Of a stretch of DNA of 64,000 nucleotides, positions 38,327 through 50,620 are shown piece by piece (position 1 is the stretch's first letter; each line of letters starts with the position of its first letter). The notes under the pieces were generated by a model. It made no database searches, had not been told where the DNA came from, and was given only the letters and a program-made list of their open reading frames with translations. The stretch is from Phoronis australis (Eukaryota > Animalia > Phoronida), in the NCBI GenBank assembly GCA_002633005.1, contig NMRA01000202.1, positions 435,977-499,976 on the forward strand. The letters run 5' to 3'. A program made the position numbers and the translations under genes.

Positions 38327-41300
38327 AAGACATTTAATTGGGGTTATATTTCATGTTTTTTTGTGAATGCAATGCGTGTACATTAGTTGTTTGTTGCGCT
38401 AGTCGTGATAACAGTATTCAGTATTCATATAAACTGGTCAAATTTATTGAAATTGACATATTACGTGATTTGCAAGTGCAGACTCATTTTCAACAAAGAA
38501 CAACCTTGAAATGTATTTCTGGTATAACATGGTCCATTACCAATCGATGTCTGGCATTATTTCGACCCCCTTGCTAATACACTTAATTTTCACGTCGTTT
38601 CTTACCCCTGGAGGAAGACATGTATCAGACTTTGTTCGCAGTACCACCAGGAGGATTAGTTTCTAAGGTACCACATTGAAATTTGAAAACTGGACTATTG
38701 GCTTAAAAATGGTAATTCAATGTTGAATTTGAAAGCAAAACAGGGAATTTTCTTGAGCAATCAAAATTGAATTATGAAAATCGAAACATTGGCAACTGTT
38801 TCAACGTTTCAATATTCTAATATCAAAACGAAAATCACACAACCAGCAATAAATTAAATTGAAAATCATCTCAAAAAGATTAACTATTATCTCATATTTC
38901 ATATTTCAATTCGAGTTCAATCATGCAACTAGGAAGTGGCACACTATTGTGCCCACTGTACCATATATGAAGTACAAACCAATTAAATTACGAAAAGCTG
39001 TAATTGAGTGAAAAATATGTCTGAGATCATCAACGCACCTTATTTTTTGCTAAAAAGACATGGAAAAAGGTTGCCTTCGCCTTTAATATAGCCGAAGGTG
39101 GCAACGAAGCGAGGCTCTCCATCTTAATATAAGGGCGATGCTTGAATGCGGCCTATAACTGCAGGATTGGGGGCAAACATAAGTGGCAACGATTACTTTA
39201 AACTGAACTGGGGAATCAAACGCACTGAAGTCCAATCAGTTTTGACCGGCGTAGCTTTTTTCGGCGTGATGAACGAGGGGTTGGCCCTGTTGTGCCCTCC
39301 GACAGGGAGAGGGATACGCCAGTCAGTTTTCGCAGCCCAGTGAGACAATATATACCATTTAAACTGACTTTCATACTTGTGCCTGATTGGAAAATGACAT
39401 GCTGAACTGTTGATTCTGAGTAGACCATTAAAATTCTTTGAAATAAATCTCGCATATGAATACATTACAAAATAATTTAGTGAACCAATATTATAGAAGC
39501 GTTCCGTAGACGCAATAAACTCGCAGAAAATCAAGATCACGCAAGACAACGAAAATTCACGCTTGTAGTGGCATATCTATTACAAGCGGCTTCTGCAGTC
39601 GTGGCGACTGCAGAATCTTCCACACCTGGACATTTCTAGAATTTTTTTGGATCCTACTTCGCCATTTTCATAACTTTCCCGAACCTGGGGGTCAACCCTG
39701 GGGTCACTCACTTCCCGCTGTTCCCTCTATAGCTAATACGCCATATCAGTAATTCTTTTATTACTCAATGCGAACTCCAATCATGCCCTATTCATCGACG
39801 CATTGAAATACAGTCTACTCGTGAATAGCTCCGTGTTCGCGAAAGAAAAGATTGGATAAACGCCGCGCTTATTCAATGCTCAATCCGATCAGTCATGCGG
39901 AATCTATTCTAAAAGAACTCAGTAATGCCTCAGTAAATATTTGGTTTCGTCGACACAGACTTCGTTTAGTGTAATAAACGGCACAGCCAAAGGAGTTCTC
40001 CAGCGACTAAAACCATACATTTGAACAATATTAGGTGTCCTTCCAGGTCCTTCTTTGAGACCGGGTAAGTACAGATAGTATTTTGAAAACACTGGGCAAA
40101 ACGCCGAGTGCATATTTGGGATGAAAATCGTGTACCGACGGTAGGCCGGGTTTCGACGGAACTCCAAAAACGATCGTTTAATCAGCACAAAGATATTGTT
40201 GGAGCCAGCACTAACTTCAAAAACTCAGTACATTTAGAGCTATATCGCTACTGTCTTGAAACAATTTCTGCACAGTTAACATGGATTCCGGTATATAAGC
40301 CTAAGTCAAACCTGATCGACCTTTACAAATTCCTTTTGCAAGATGGTTTCAGACTACTTACAGTCAGGAATTAACCACTCCTCATACAAGTAGGAGAGAC
40401 AAGACGTAAGGCTTAGAACGGGGGAGGGGTCTTCTATGACCACTTTCTGGACGTTCCCTACGAAATGTGACTTTCCCTACGAACAGGTACCCCCCTTCAT
40501 TATTCTGTGATTCTTTCCCATGACAACTTAAATGTGAACCCATGACGTCTCCTAGTTAAAGCTGCACTTCGTCCTGTACTGCTGGCTAAAATGAAATTGA
40601 ACCAACGAAGCCTTTTAATCTCAACAGGTCTCATAACATTCCTTTCTGTGATAGGATTACATTCCCGTTACCAAGGACACCAAAACTATCAGCGAATCAA
40701 GAAAACGCTTCAGAGATTAAGTCTTTGGTGACAAAACATTGAGGATTCGAAAATGGCGCATGCGCTAGCCCGTGACTCGAGTTGCTGGCTCATTTGGCAA
40801 CAAGGTGGGATGAGCGTGCTACTGATTTTAAACCCCGAAGCACTTTGGTTAAGAATTTGCCACCGACAGTCGAAGAAGGGAAATGTAGCTTCAATCCTAC
40901 TGTACTTGATCAGGCTGGGTATTTATCATGACAGTTCCATAATTTCCTTGTCTTTTTTGCCATTCATCTGGGCAAAATTCCCGTCACTTCAATAAATGCA
41001 AGAGTTAATCCTCTAGTCGTGCGTGATTTTGTCGTGTTGTTTTGTCGGACTTTTGCATATTGGGACAATTGTTGGATAGATAAAACTTTTCAAGTTCAAA
41101 GCTGTAAAACAATTAACTACGCTGTAGTTCTTCGATTTCATTCAATTTAAATTCTTCTATTCTCGCCGTTGTGTATGCCAGACATTCACAGAAATCAAAA
41201 CCAGCGACTGTACCAGCTAACTACGCTCAGAGTACTCGGCCGAATGGGATTTAGCCAGAGCGTTTTACTCGGTGCAAGCCGGCCTGAACGTTACTGGTTC

Positions 41301-41581
41301 GAATCTGCCCTGTGGCTTATGATCAGCAAATCACAGTTCTCGTCGATAACGTCAATTTGAAGAAGAGGAAGTAGTTTCACGAGATGCTGAACACTTAACG
41401 CTATTTTCTTAAAACAGTGCAGGTGTTCTGAATCACGTTGCATCAGACGTGCTCAGGCCGCTCTGCCAGGCACATTACACCAAACACCTGAAACCACTTT
41501 TGATTTCTTAATAAACTCATACAAAACATAGAACAGAAATTAAGATCGAGCTTAGGAGCTAGAGACTTCAAGAGTCTAGCA

Positions 41582-41655
41582 TTGGGGTGCAGTGGGAGTC
41601 GAACCGACGACCTTGTGAACAGGAGGCACACACTCAACCCACTAGACCACCCCTC
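41582..41655 (-). mobile_element. tRNA-derived SINE head
   Basis: Minus strand TGGTCTAGTGG (A box) ... GGTTCGACTCC (B box); no proper cloverleaf. Confidence 0.6.
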
Positions 41656-41706
41656 CTTATCAACTTCATTTAGCTACGTATTTTTTATTTTCAGCTGCAG
41701 CTAACC

Positions 41707-42186
41707 ATGCCGTATATCCACAAACCAGACTTCTCACCAACAGAACCTAAATGGGGACCAGAAAGCGCCACATATTGGAGTTATTTTAACTTCGCAAATA
41801 CAGATAGCCAACGGAGATCCAAGTACTTCATGAAAACTACATCTACTATTTATTCAAGTGTTTACCTCACTCCAGGAAAGGAACAAGAACATAGACTCAA
41901 CAACAAAAACGGAAATGGCTCGCACATCCTTTTGAAAAATTCACAAACCAATACCCCAGCGCTTCCGCAGAATCATAAAACCTCTCCAGTGCCAGTCGCG
42001 AAATCTCTCGAGGTGCCTTCCTTGAAAAAAGCAGACGAAAGTTTCCAGAGAGCGCCATTTTTGATTTCACCACAACATTGGAGAAGTGGAAGACACCTAC
42101 AAAGATGGCCGTGGGCTGGACATTTGCGAGATTGGCCTTGGTCCCAGAACTGCCCGAAAAACAGGCCAAGGTCATCGGAGAACTGA
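41707..42186 (+). CDS. Candidate orphan protein (159 aa, no recognisable domain)
   Basis: Longest non-microsatellite ATG ORF in the window; strong acceptor (ttttttattttcag, 41694) just upstream and aaccATG context; possible non-coding first exon ending at cgg|gtaagt ~40064. Confidence 0.45.
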   Translation: MPYIHKPDFSPTEPKWGPESATYWSYFNFANTDSQRRSKYFMKTTSTIYSSVYLTPGKEQEHRLNNKNGNGSHILLKNSQTNTPALPQNHKTSPVPVAKSLEVPSLKKADESFQRAPFLISPQHWRSGRHLQRWPWAGHLRDWPWSQNCPKNRPRSSEN

Positions 42187-42216
42187 GTAGACAAGGAGAT
42201 CCCTGAAGTTCAAATG

Positions 42217-42408
42217 TTAAAGCTGCACTTCGCCCAGTTCGCTGGTTGAAAACGAAAAAGAAATAGATCTCTTACTCTCATAAGTCTCGTAACATTCCTT
42301 CCTTGTTGGTAACAAAAATTGGAATGCCACAACACCGATGTTACGAGAGCAACCAGCACAATTTCATTTTCGTGTTTAGCCAGCTAAACAGGACAAAAGC
42401 AGTTTTAA
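42217..42408. mobile_element. TTAA-flanked MITE (Kolobok-like), TIR AGCTGCA...
   Basis: ttaaagctgcacttcg...gcagttttaa; related copies at ~40557 (left end) and ~63155-63350. Confidence 0.6.
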
Positions 42409-43304
42409 AAATCAATGAATTAATTAACCACAATCTCTATTAAAGATATCACAGTCGTACATGAAAACAGTTTATTTTATCTGGTTGATATATAAGTTGT
42501 AGAAGAACCATCAACAGCAATATAAATAGTTATTAATTTATTTTAATTCTGAAGACACTAAGCTACCAGCCATTTCTGTTAACATGAGATAGCTCCTCCG
42601 CTAACATTAGGGGTTTTGTTACCCCAGAAAATAAGCGAGCCTATGTCAATCTGGGACTAACCTGTCCTCATCCATTTACAAATTAATGCCCGTGGCTTAG
42701 CCCCGATGCTGAAGAAAACCTATCCGCTAATTTAAAGACGCTATTAATTACCCTTCAATTTTAAAAACAGTCATGTTGGTTGTTTGCCTAACTTATTGGT
42801 AGTTTTTTTTTACTTTAAAACTCACACGCTAAATGAGGGTGTTGGTTTACAACACAATTATCTCATTCAACATGCTCGGCCAAGCCCATGAACAGCGAGT
42901 AGCTCACTTCAATCCGTGATGGCGCCATCAAGCCTTTGATATCTCCACGACTTCGCTGGATACTCTAGGGTAAAGGGTGCATGCTTTCTCGTCCACTAGC
43001 GTGCAAATCTTACCTAATGAACAAACACGGTAGACTTGATGATCACCACAATCCCTCTTGTGTAATCCACATGCTAAGCTGACACACATGCACTGGGACA
43101 TCACTCCTAACAGTTTCTTCATGTATCACAGCTTTCAGTCATTCCCTTAGGACATGCCTCTCTACGTGTCTGAGCCATCATTGAGGCATTCATAAGGAAC
43201 ATCGATTCCCCTTAAGAATATCTCAACCTGCCAGAGCTGTCCGCCATGCACAAGGATATTCCTCAGGCTTTCACAGTTGTTCCCAGTATTGCCATCAGCA
43301 GACA

Positions 43305-43375
43305 GTGGGGCTCAGTGGTTAGAGCTCGGGACTCCCGCTTGGGAGACGTGGGTTCAAATCCTGGCTTCACTGGCT
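43305..43375 (+). mobile_element. tRNA-derived SINE head downstream of the metallophosphoesterase stop
   Basis: GGCTCAGTGG (A box) ... GGTTCAAATCC (B box). Confidence 0.6.
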
Positions 43376-43849
43376 GACATTCGAGCATTGCACAAAGGTG
43401 TGACAGCCTCCTATTCCTCTGAGCTCGGTCTTACTTGTGAATGGATATAACGCGAAAGCGATTTCCGAGGGCTGTGCTCCTGTTTTAAAACCATGAAAGC
43501 TTTTTTCTAAGCCAAGTAACTACATATCCAATAAAGATAATGGCTACAATGATGATGTATGACCACAGTTGATGAAACCTATGAGGAAGACGTAGTAGAT
43601 GATATTCTAAATTTCCACTAGAATCTGAAACAATAAAAGGAATAAACATCACTAGACCTTCAACAACAACAACAAGGGCAATTCAAACCATTCAAATGCA
43701 TTCATGTGCTGAAAGAATGAGTACTCATGTACTGTGATGTGAAGTAAGCATTCGGTTACACAATTCTGNTTACTTGTGAATGTGTGCAAGGGAGCGAATG
43801 AGAACCTGGATATAATGCGAAAGCGATTTCCGAGGGCTGTGCTCCTATT

Positions 43850-43989
43850 TTAAAACCATGAAAGCTTTTTTCTAAGCCAAGTAACTACATATCCAATAAA
43901 GATAATGGCTACAATGATGATGTATGACCACAGTTGATGAAACCTATGAGGAAGACGTAGTAGATGATATTCTAAATTTCCACTAGAAT
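43850..43989 (-). CDS. Metallophosphoesterase terminal exon (C-terminal TM)
   Basis: gtttcag acceptor; LRLPHRFHQLWSYIIIVAIIFIGYVVTWLRKKLSWF*; duplicate copy at 43485-43624. Confidence 0.85.
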
Positions 43990-46900
43990 CTGAAACAATA
44001 AAAGGAATAAACATCACTAGACCTTCAACAACAACAACAACAAGGGCAATTCAAACCATTCAAATGCATTCATGTGCTGAAAGAATGAGTACTCATGTAC
44101 TGTGATGTGAAGTAAGCATTCGGTTACACAATTCTGTTCAGTTCTGTCTGATTTTTGTACATGAGGATGATAGCAGCCAAATATCAAAAAATTGCTTTCA
44201 CGCTGCACTCTTTCGCAGTATTAGTTTATCCTTCTTGCTTCAAATTTGTCCTAAACCTAATATTAATAATAAATAAGAATAATTGTGTTATAATAAGTAA
44301 TTTAAGAACAATGGCAGTAGTGCACATCATCCTTACCTATAACTACAGCACCATAACCAACTTGGGAAGGAAATCCCATACGATAACTGCATGATGGTAC
44401 AGCAAGTTGGATACGATACTTCATATCAAGGACCCTGAATCTGTATGAGATAGCCGTAGACGGAAGCAGGATGTTAAACTTTGTCCGTTCACTATCAGTA
44501 ATGTTGATGAGGTATGGCTGCAAAGTAGACAAATTTTTCAAAAGGTTATGTTAGGAAGACCTTCATCAAATCAATGCACCCGATGTAAACTTTGCACCCA
44601 CGCTTGTGACAGTATAATGATAAACTTGAAATTCACTGCAGCAGCACATGTTTGCATTCAGGTACTAAATAAATTTACATTGCACCGTAATCACGTGAAG
44701 GCACCCATGCCAATTTTAAAAGTGTTTTTCAATCTCTCAATCTATTCAGGAGTTATAAAGAGTGACCTTTCTTTATTGACAGTGCCTGGTGAACATGGAG
44801 TCTCCTATTGCCCAGTCATTTTCCTCACAGAAACCTATTTGCAAGATTTCATGAAAATTTGTCCAGGAACTCTAATGAAAATACCAAAGGCAAATGTAAA
44901 AATACCCATTGTGAAGCACAGTAGAAGTTGGATCTATCCAAAAGAAGTAGGCATCTGTTGCTATGTTCATAGGAATGTCCTTGTCATATTTCGCAAAGAT
45001 CTTACAGAGGTTTAGAAGATACAGCTGCGAATGCAAAAATACCACTAGGGGATGCAAAAGTAGGCGGACACATCCAAAAATTGAAGTCAGTCAGGCTGTC
45101 GACAGGAGGAAAATATCTGCCAACTTTCTAAACGAACTGTAACCGCAGCATTGCATCTGACAACATACATGATAAAACTTTTTAAAACACCTTTTTAGAA
45201 AAATGGGACCCTGATTTTTGCACGTAAGGAAGACATGTTTACATTCTAATGAATATCAGATGATCCATCACTAACCTTGTGGTAATGACCAACAATGAAG
45301 AAATGAGGTCTGAAGACATCCGTAATCTAAAAAATACAAGGGTTATCTGGTTAAAATATGCTTCATCACTCACAGTTTTATAACCTATGTCTAAGTATAC
45401 AATGTTGATGATAAAGAAACCAAAAAGTATTTATCAAAGCCACGGCTGTCAGTGCCAAATTTCAATCAAGACTGCACACCTTTTCCTATCCATTAAAGCC
45501 ATAGGCTGTGCCACATTTCAAGAAGGGCTATATGCCCTTTCATGTGTCTAAAATTTTGAAACTGAACAGAAAAGTAAGTATGAGAAGGTTTAACTGGCCA
45601 AAAATACTGCCTGAAAGCTCCTCCCTAGACAGAGAACCATCTCACTTTGAAAACCTTCACATCAGTCTGAAATACATTTTAGACGTATTTTGCAAATTAG
45701 AATTCCTAAGTTTATACAATAAAAACTACTAAAATACAACATCCTTCAAAGAAACTAACTTGCTTTACATCACTTAGCCACAGCTGGACTCAACTTGTTC
45801 CTTACTCAGTCGAGAAATGGTTTCCATGTTTGCAAAGGACTGGCTGTTTGCTAATGCTCGAGAGAATGCTTATGGCAACTTGAGCTCAGAAATCACCTCT
45901 AATTTGAGTAAGGAATACGCCAAAACCTATTTCGTAAGTCAGTGGTCACATTGAAATACATTTTGACAAAAAGGAAGTTTACAGAAACATTAAACCATGG
46001 ATTGAATGAAGACATAACTACCACAAGCACTCACGTGTTGCAAATCAGCCTGGAATCTTTCCAGTACACCATGGTGGTTGACGATGACACGAATTGGTGC
46101 CGACAACAATTGACTGTCATGATGGAAGCGAGCCAGATCTTTCTCTGATATTGCATCCGAAATATCAAGATTGAGCTACAGACAAAGAAAGGCAAGACTG
46201 AGCAGACTTTGGAGTACAAATTGCAAATGGTCTAAAATTGAACAGTGGGAGTAGAGTTATTGAAATGGGTGTAACATTTCAGTGAAGTGGGTCTGCTTTG
46301 GTAAATATATACAAAGCATCCAGAGAAAAATGTCCAAATTTTGTCTACTTCGGAACACCGCCATCTCAGAAACGGCTCTGGGATTCAAATATAAAACTTC
46401 CAGATACTGCGCCTTATGAACAGCTCTACAAAACATCGACAGAAATTATTTTTAAACGTTCTACTTTTACATGAGGGGTTATCAACAAAGGACTTTTGAG
46501 ACTTTTATAAAAAAAGCTCAAATTTTCCACGAAATGAAAATCAAATGATAATTTAAAAAAATGTAACAGCGTTGTTGAGAATTGATATTGAACATTTAAA
46601 TCAAAAGAAATTTGGTTATGTTATTGACATCATATTGTTGCCATGGCTGAACTTTTACTTTTGCTAAACTTTACTAGAAAGACAGTCACGTAACTCAATT
46701 AATGTCAGATTAGTATAAACAGGGCTCGGAATCACCCATGAGAAAAAGACGAAAATTTTCCAGGTGATGTATTGTTCTACAAGTAGGCTCATGTGATAGA
46801 AATATTTTTGAAGTGTAAAATTTAAATGCAAGAAACGTTTTTTTGCATTAATAAAGTCAAATTAATGATAAAAAAGGGATGAAGAAAGAGGAAACTGGAA

Positions 46901-49900
46901 TTCAAATAAGAGGAAACTGAAACCAAAAAAGAGGAAATGTTCTTAAAAGAGAAAAATTCTAAGCCCTGTATAATGTCAAACTCAAATTCTACAAGTTTTC
47001 TAATTTCAGCAGATGCTGTTACTGAGTCAAAATAAGTACTTTGACTATATTCTAGTTGATAAGGTCCTACATAACTGCTAGAAAGTTGTACAACCTCACA
47101 GTCATTGAACCCTATTTGAAAAGCAGAAGTGGAACTGGAAAGAGCAGAGATAATAAATTATTTTAAAGCCTGTTATTTTGTGTCGTTAAGAATTGGACTT
47201 ACATAAGAATTAATACAAATTGCAATACTTGCCTTAATGAAGTCTACAAACTTCACTCGGTTCACTGAAGATCCAGGCTGGAAAAACTTTTCAAAGCGCC
47301 TACTCAACCACTCAGCCTTTTGAATACCTTCGCCACCAATGTCATTGTCACCTGGCAGGTAAAGTCCCTGTAATTCAACAGTTATTCTTGTTTCAGTACA
47401 ATCAGTACAACCACTACAAGTAGACAAACACATAAAATCTTGACGGTGCTGTGTTCAAGTCCATGTAATTCAACAGTTATTCTTGTTTCAGTACAATCAG
47501 TACAACCACTACACGTAGACAAACACATAAAATCTTGATGGTGTTGTGTTCAAGTCCATGTAATTCAACAGTTATTCTTATTTCAGTACAACCACTACAC
47601 ATAAACACACAAACACATAAAATCTTGACGGTGTTGTGTTCAAGTCCATGTAATTGGGAAAGCTAACTCAACATGCCAAGAAACCAAAAATAGAATTTTC
47701 CACCACAGCAATACTTTTCACTTCATAGATGGCATTGCACAGGGATCTAACATTCATTTATTAGGTAATAAGTTGACAAACAATTATTCTCAATAATTTC
47801 TCATGAGTTTCAGCAGCTCAAGGTGCACTGGGATAACTGAGTGTGAGTGTAGAACCAACCTGCAGTGTTTTAGGGTCTTATCACAAGGCTTGGTCTGGGT
47901 GTATGAGTATTGCTTAGAAGTCCTGCAATCTGCAGTGTTTTAGGGTCTTATCGTAGGGTTTGGTCTGAGCGTGTGAGTATTGCTTAGAAGTGTGGCCTGC
48001 AGTGTTTTAGGGTCTTATCGTAGGGTTTGGTCTGGGTGTGTGAGTATTGCTTAGAAGTGTGGCCTGCAGTATTTTAGGGTCTTATCGTTGGGTTTGGTCT
48101 GAGTGTGTGAGTACTTCATAGAAGTCCAACCTGCAGTGTTTTAGGGTCTTATTGCAGGGTTTGGTGTAGGAGCACAAATACTGCTTAGAAGTCAGCCTGC
48201 AGTGTTTTACATTGTATGTTCTTATAGCAGGGTTTGGTCCTAGTGTGTGAGTATTTCATAGAAGTCCAGACTGCAGTGTTTTAGGGACATAACGCAGGGT
48301 TTGGTCTGGGTGTGACAGTATTGCTTGAAAGTCCAGCATGCAGTGTCTTAGAGTCTTATCACTGAGTTTGATCTCTATCTGTAGTGTTTATGAATTTAGG
48401 TGTAAAGCAGGAGTACGAGTTCATTCCAAAAATCAAACAAAGAAGACCAAAAATTCTTTGTGAAAGAAACTGATGGTCAGGAATGAACGTACAAAGTGTC
48501 GTAATATTCATACTCCTAAGTATTCAATATATGAATTATACACTACAGCCAACGACTTAAGACTTCATCATCTTCAAAAGGAAAAATGACAGCCACAAGT
48601 GAAATGTGAGCAAAACAGACAATAGCTGTATATGCTGTATGCCTCATGGATGTTTCCAGTCACTTGTAATCTGGAAATTTGCCAGTGCCCACCTGAACTC
48701 ACCAGCGTTTGCTTCGGCAACTTGAAAATAGCATTGAATCTTTGGTGGGCTGTCTGATATTCTTGTTCGGAACAATGATCCCCCTCGTCTAGTATGTCTC
48801 CCAGGAAAATGACTACGTCTGGTCTGACATAACTAAAGGCTGACCAGAAACCTTTGTAGAGGTACCTGGATATTGAGAACAAAAACGAATTTAAACCCAT
48901 GGACTCGTGATAGAAACCTTGTGATCAGATAGTTGTAGTAGCAAGTGACACAAGATTTACTAGGATTTGCTTATGAAGAAAGGTCTTTCACTCATCTGAA
49001 CAGACTGTGACCAGAAAGTTGTTCTCCAGCAACACACGTTTGTGGCAGAATGACCCCCAGTGACTACCATTGTTTCATTAGCACAACCTCAGGAATGTTT
49101 TGGACATTAAATAAATTAAGTACAACAAAAACAATACCAAAATATTCGTAGTCACCGCACTAGTTGCAAAACGCATCTTCAGGTAGACTAAGCCCAGAAT
49201 TTACCTTCAGCAATATGCAGTTCTGCATTCTTAGAACACTTGCCAATGCAATATTGATGGCTACATAAGATACATTTGGCAGATTAGTTATTTTTTCATT
49301 CCTGACTAACAAAACACGGCTATATTGATGGCGAATTACACTTTCGAAACATGTCAGAAGATCACCCTTTTATTGATTAGCATGTCAATTATTAACACAC
49401 ATCACGACTCAATCAGTAAATATTGTATATACTAGCGTGCATCACCACGACACAGTGTACAGGGAAAGGATATTCTGCACCAACAGCCAGTCTCTGATGT
49501 AGCGTCGCCATGATATTGAAGGTGGTCATGGGTTATTTTGAGATCTAACATTCAGTCATCTACAGGTCGTAAGTAACGAGGTGGGACTTTTTTTAAAATT
49601 CTTTGCCATCGTCATGTAGAAGTTGTGTGGTAGGATGTTCAGATGATTTCCATAATGGAAGTCATTGCAGAATGCCAACAAACAACAGAACACGCATTTC
49701 ATCTTTGTTACCTCCGGCCTTGTTGTCACCTGGAACTAGAAACTGGCTCAATGAGAAGTGCCTATCACAATGCTATGAAGTTGTTTATGTCAGATATTTG
49801 CCATTACCTATCACTGTCCCATATTGCCAACCATCGGTATAGTAGGTGGTCTCCATGGTAACCCAGTAACTGGGGATCGGCCGCTAAAAGCACACGCAGC

Positions 49901-50620
49901 TGATCAGAATGTCTGAAAAGAGGCCAATTCATAGTGAAACTGATGTTTATGCATCTTTCTGATGTTCTTAAAGTGGGCTGACATTTTTGCAAAGGCCAAG
50001 AAGAGTTCAACTAATAAGACGGGTGGACAATAAAAATGCTGACATACGATACCGTAGATTTGTGTGCTTAAGGGGGAGAGAGTGGGTTCTCAAAGTTGGG
50101 AGATTACGTGAGCAGTTACTGGCGGATCTAGCATGTAGTTAGGGGCACCCAACCTTGTGTCAGAGAAGAGGGTACCTATGACAGTTCCCAAGTACTTAAT
50201 GAGTAAGACCTTTAATTAAAAGAAATTTAACCAATGCTATTCACCAATGTCTTTGTGCAATTTGGCTTTGGCGTGACTGATTGTTCATGATAGTTACATT
50301 GCTCATCTGCTATTCAGTGTCCAAAGATTATGATATGTACAAGGCTTAAAATAACATAAATTTTGATATAATAGGTGATTACTACATCATTGATTACTGA
50401 ATGGCTTTCACGTCTGTGGTCAAAATAGAATTATCAAAACCTTTAATCAGACTCAGGGACTGGCAAACTTTTCTTACCTACTGGGAGGTGTAATGGTAGG
50501 CCACGTCAGAGGCTTTGTGTAATAAACAATGTATTCGTTGAATATCACTACACTGAATAGGCACATCCAAGCTACATGTCGAACAGTAAGTCCTCTGCAT
50601 GCTCTCAGGACAGATTTCAT
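43850..50620 (-). CDS. Cdc1/MPPE1(PGAP5)-family membrane metallophosphoesterase (8 coding exons, ~352 aa)
   Basis: complement(join(43850..43989,44337..44517,45276..45326,46035..46175,47233..47367,48703..48865,49808..49912,50478..50620)) = 1059 nt, phase-consistent. N-terminal TM + FNEYIVYY..WP; ADPQLLG; FLGDILDEG; PGDNDIGG; VNHH; VGHYH; VPSCSYRMG; LP.R..Q..Y + C-terminal TM. Confidence 0.9.
44337..44517 (-). CDS. Metallophosphoesterase exon
   Basis: ctttgcag acceptor; QLAVPSCSYRMG...GYGAVVI; G|GTAAGG. Confidence 0.9.
45276..45326 (-). CDS. Metallophosphoesterase exon (GHxH motif)
   Basis: ttttttag acceptor; ITDVFRPHFFIVGHYHK; AAG|GTTAGT. Confidence 0.88.
46035..46175 (-). CDS. Metallophosphoesterase exon
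   Basis: ttctttgtctgtag acceptor; LNLD...PIRVIVNHHGVL; CAC|GTGAGT; 141 nt, phase 0-0. Confidence 0.85.
47233..47367 (-). CDS. Metallophosphoesterase exon (GDND motif), probable GC donor
   Basis: LYLPGDNDIGGE...RFEKFF; AAG|GCAAGT donor (alternative in-frame GT donor ends exon at 47203). Confidence 0.85.
47369..47655. repeat. ~95-bp tandem repeat x3 abutting an exon acceptor
   Basis: Units start tgtaatt at 47369, 47464, 47559, 47649. Confidence 0.9.
47859..48370. repeat. ~67-bp minisatellite (~7-8 units) in a metallophosphoesterase intron
   Basis: Recurring ctgcagtgttttagggtcttatc..ggtttggtctg. Confidence 0.9.
48703..48865 (-). CDS. Metallophosphoesterase exon (GD motif)
   Basis: PDVVIFLGDILDEG...RFNAIF; CTG|GTGAGT. 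Confidence 0.93.
49808..49912 (-). CDS. Metallophosphoesterase exon (ADPQ motif)
   Basis: cttttcag acceptor; LRVLLAADPQLLG...WDSDR; AG|GTAATG. Confidence 0.9.
50478..50620 (-). CDS. Metallophosphoesterase coding exon 1 (signal-anchor)
   Basis: MKSVLRACRGLTVRHVAWMCLFSVVIFNEYIVYYTKPLTWP; acceptor before 50646; AG|GTAAGA donor. Confidence 0.85.

Noticed and set aside
44548-45057. 155-aa + ORF and 61-aa - ORF
   Set aside because: Inside a metallophosphoesterase intron; the gene model is complete without them and they show no motifs
47859-48370. CRISPR-like or telomeric array
   Set aside because: Whole units repeat with no unique spacers; TTTTAGGG occurs once per unit; eukaryotic intron
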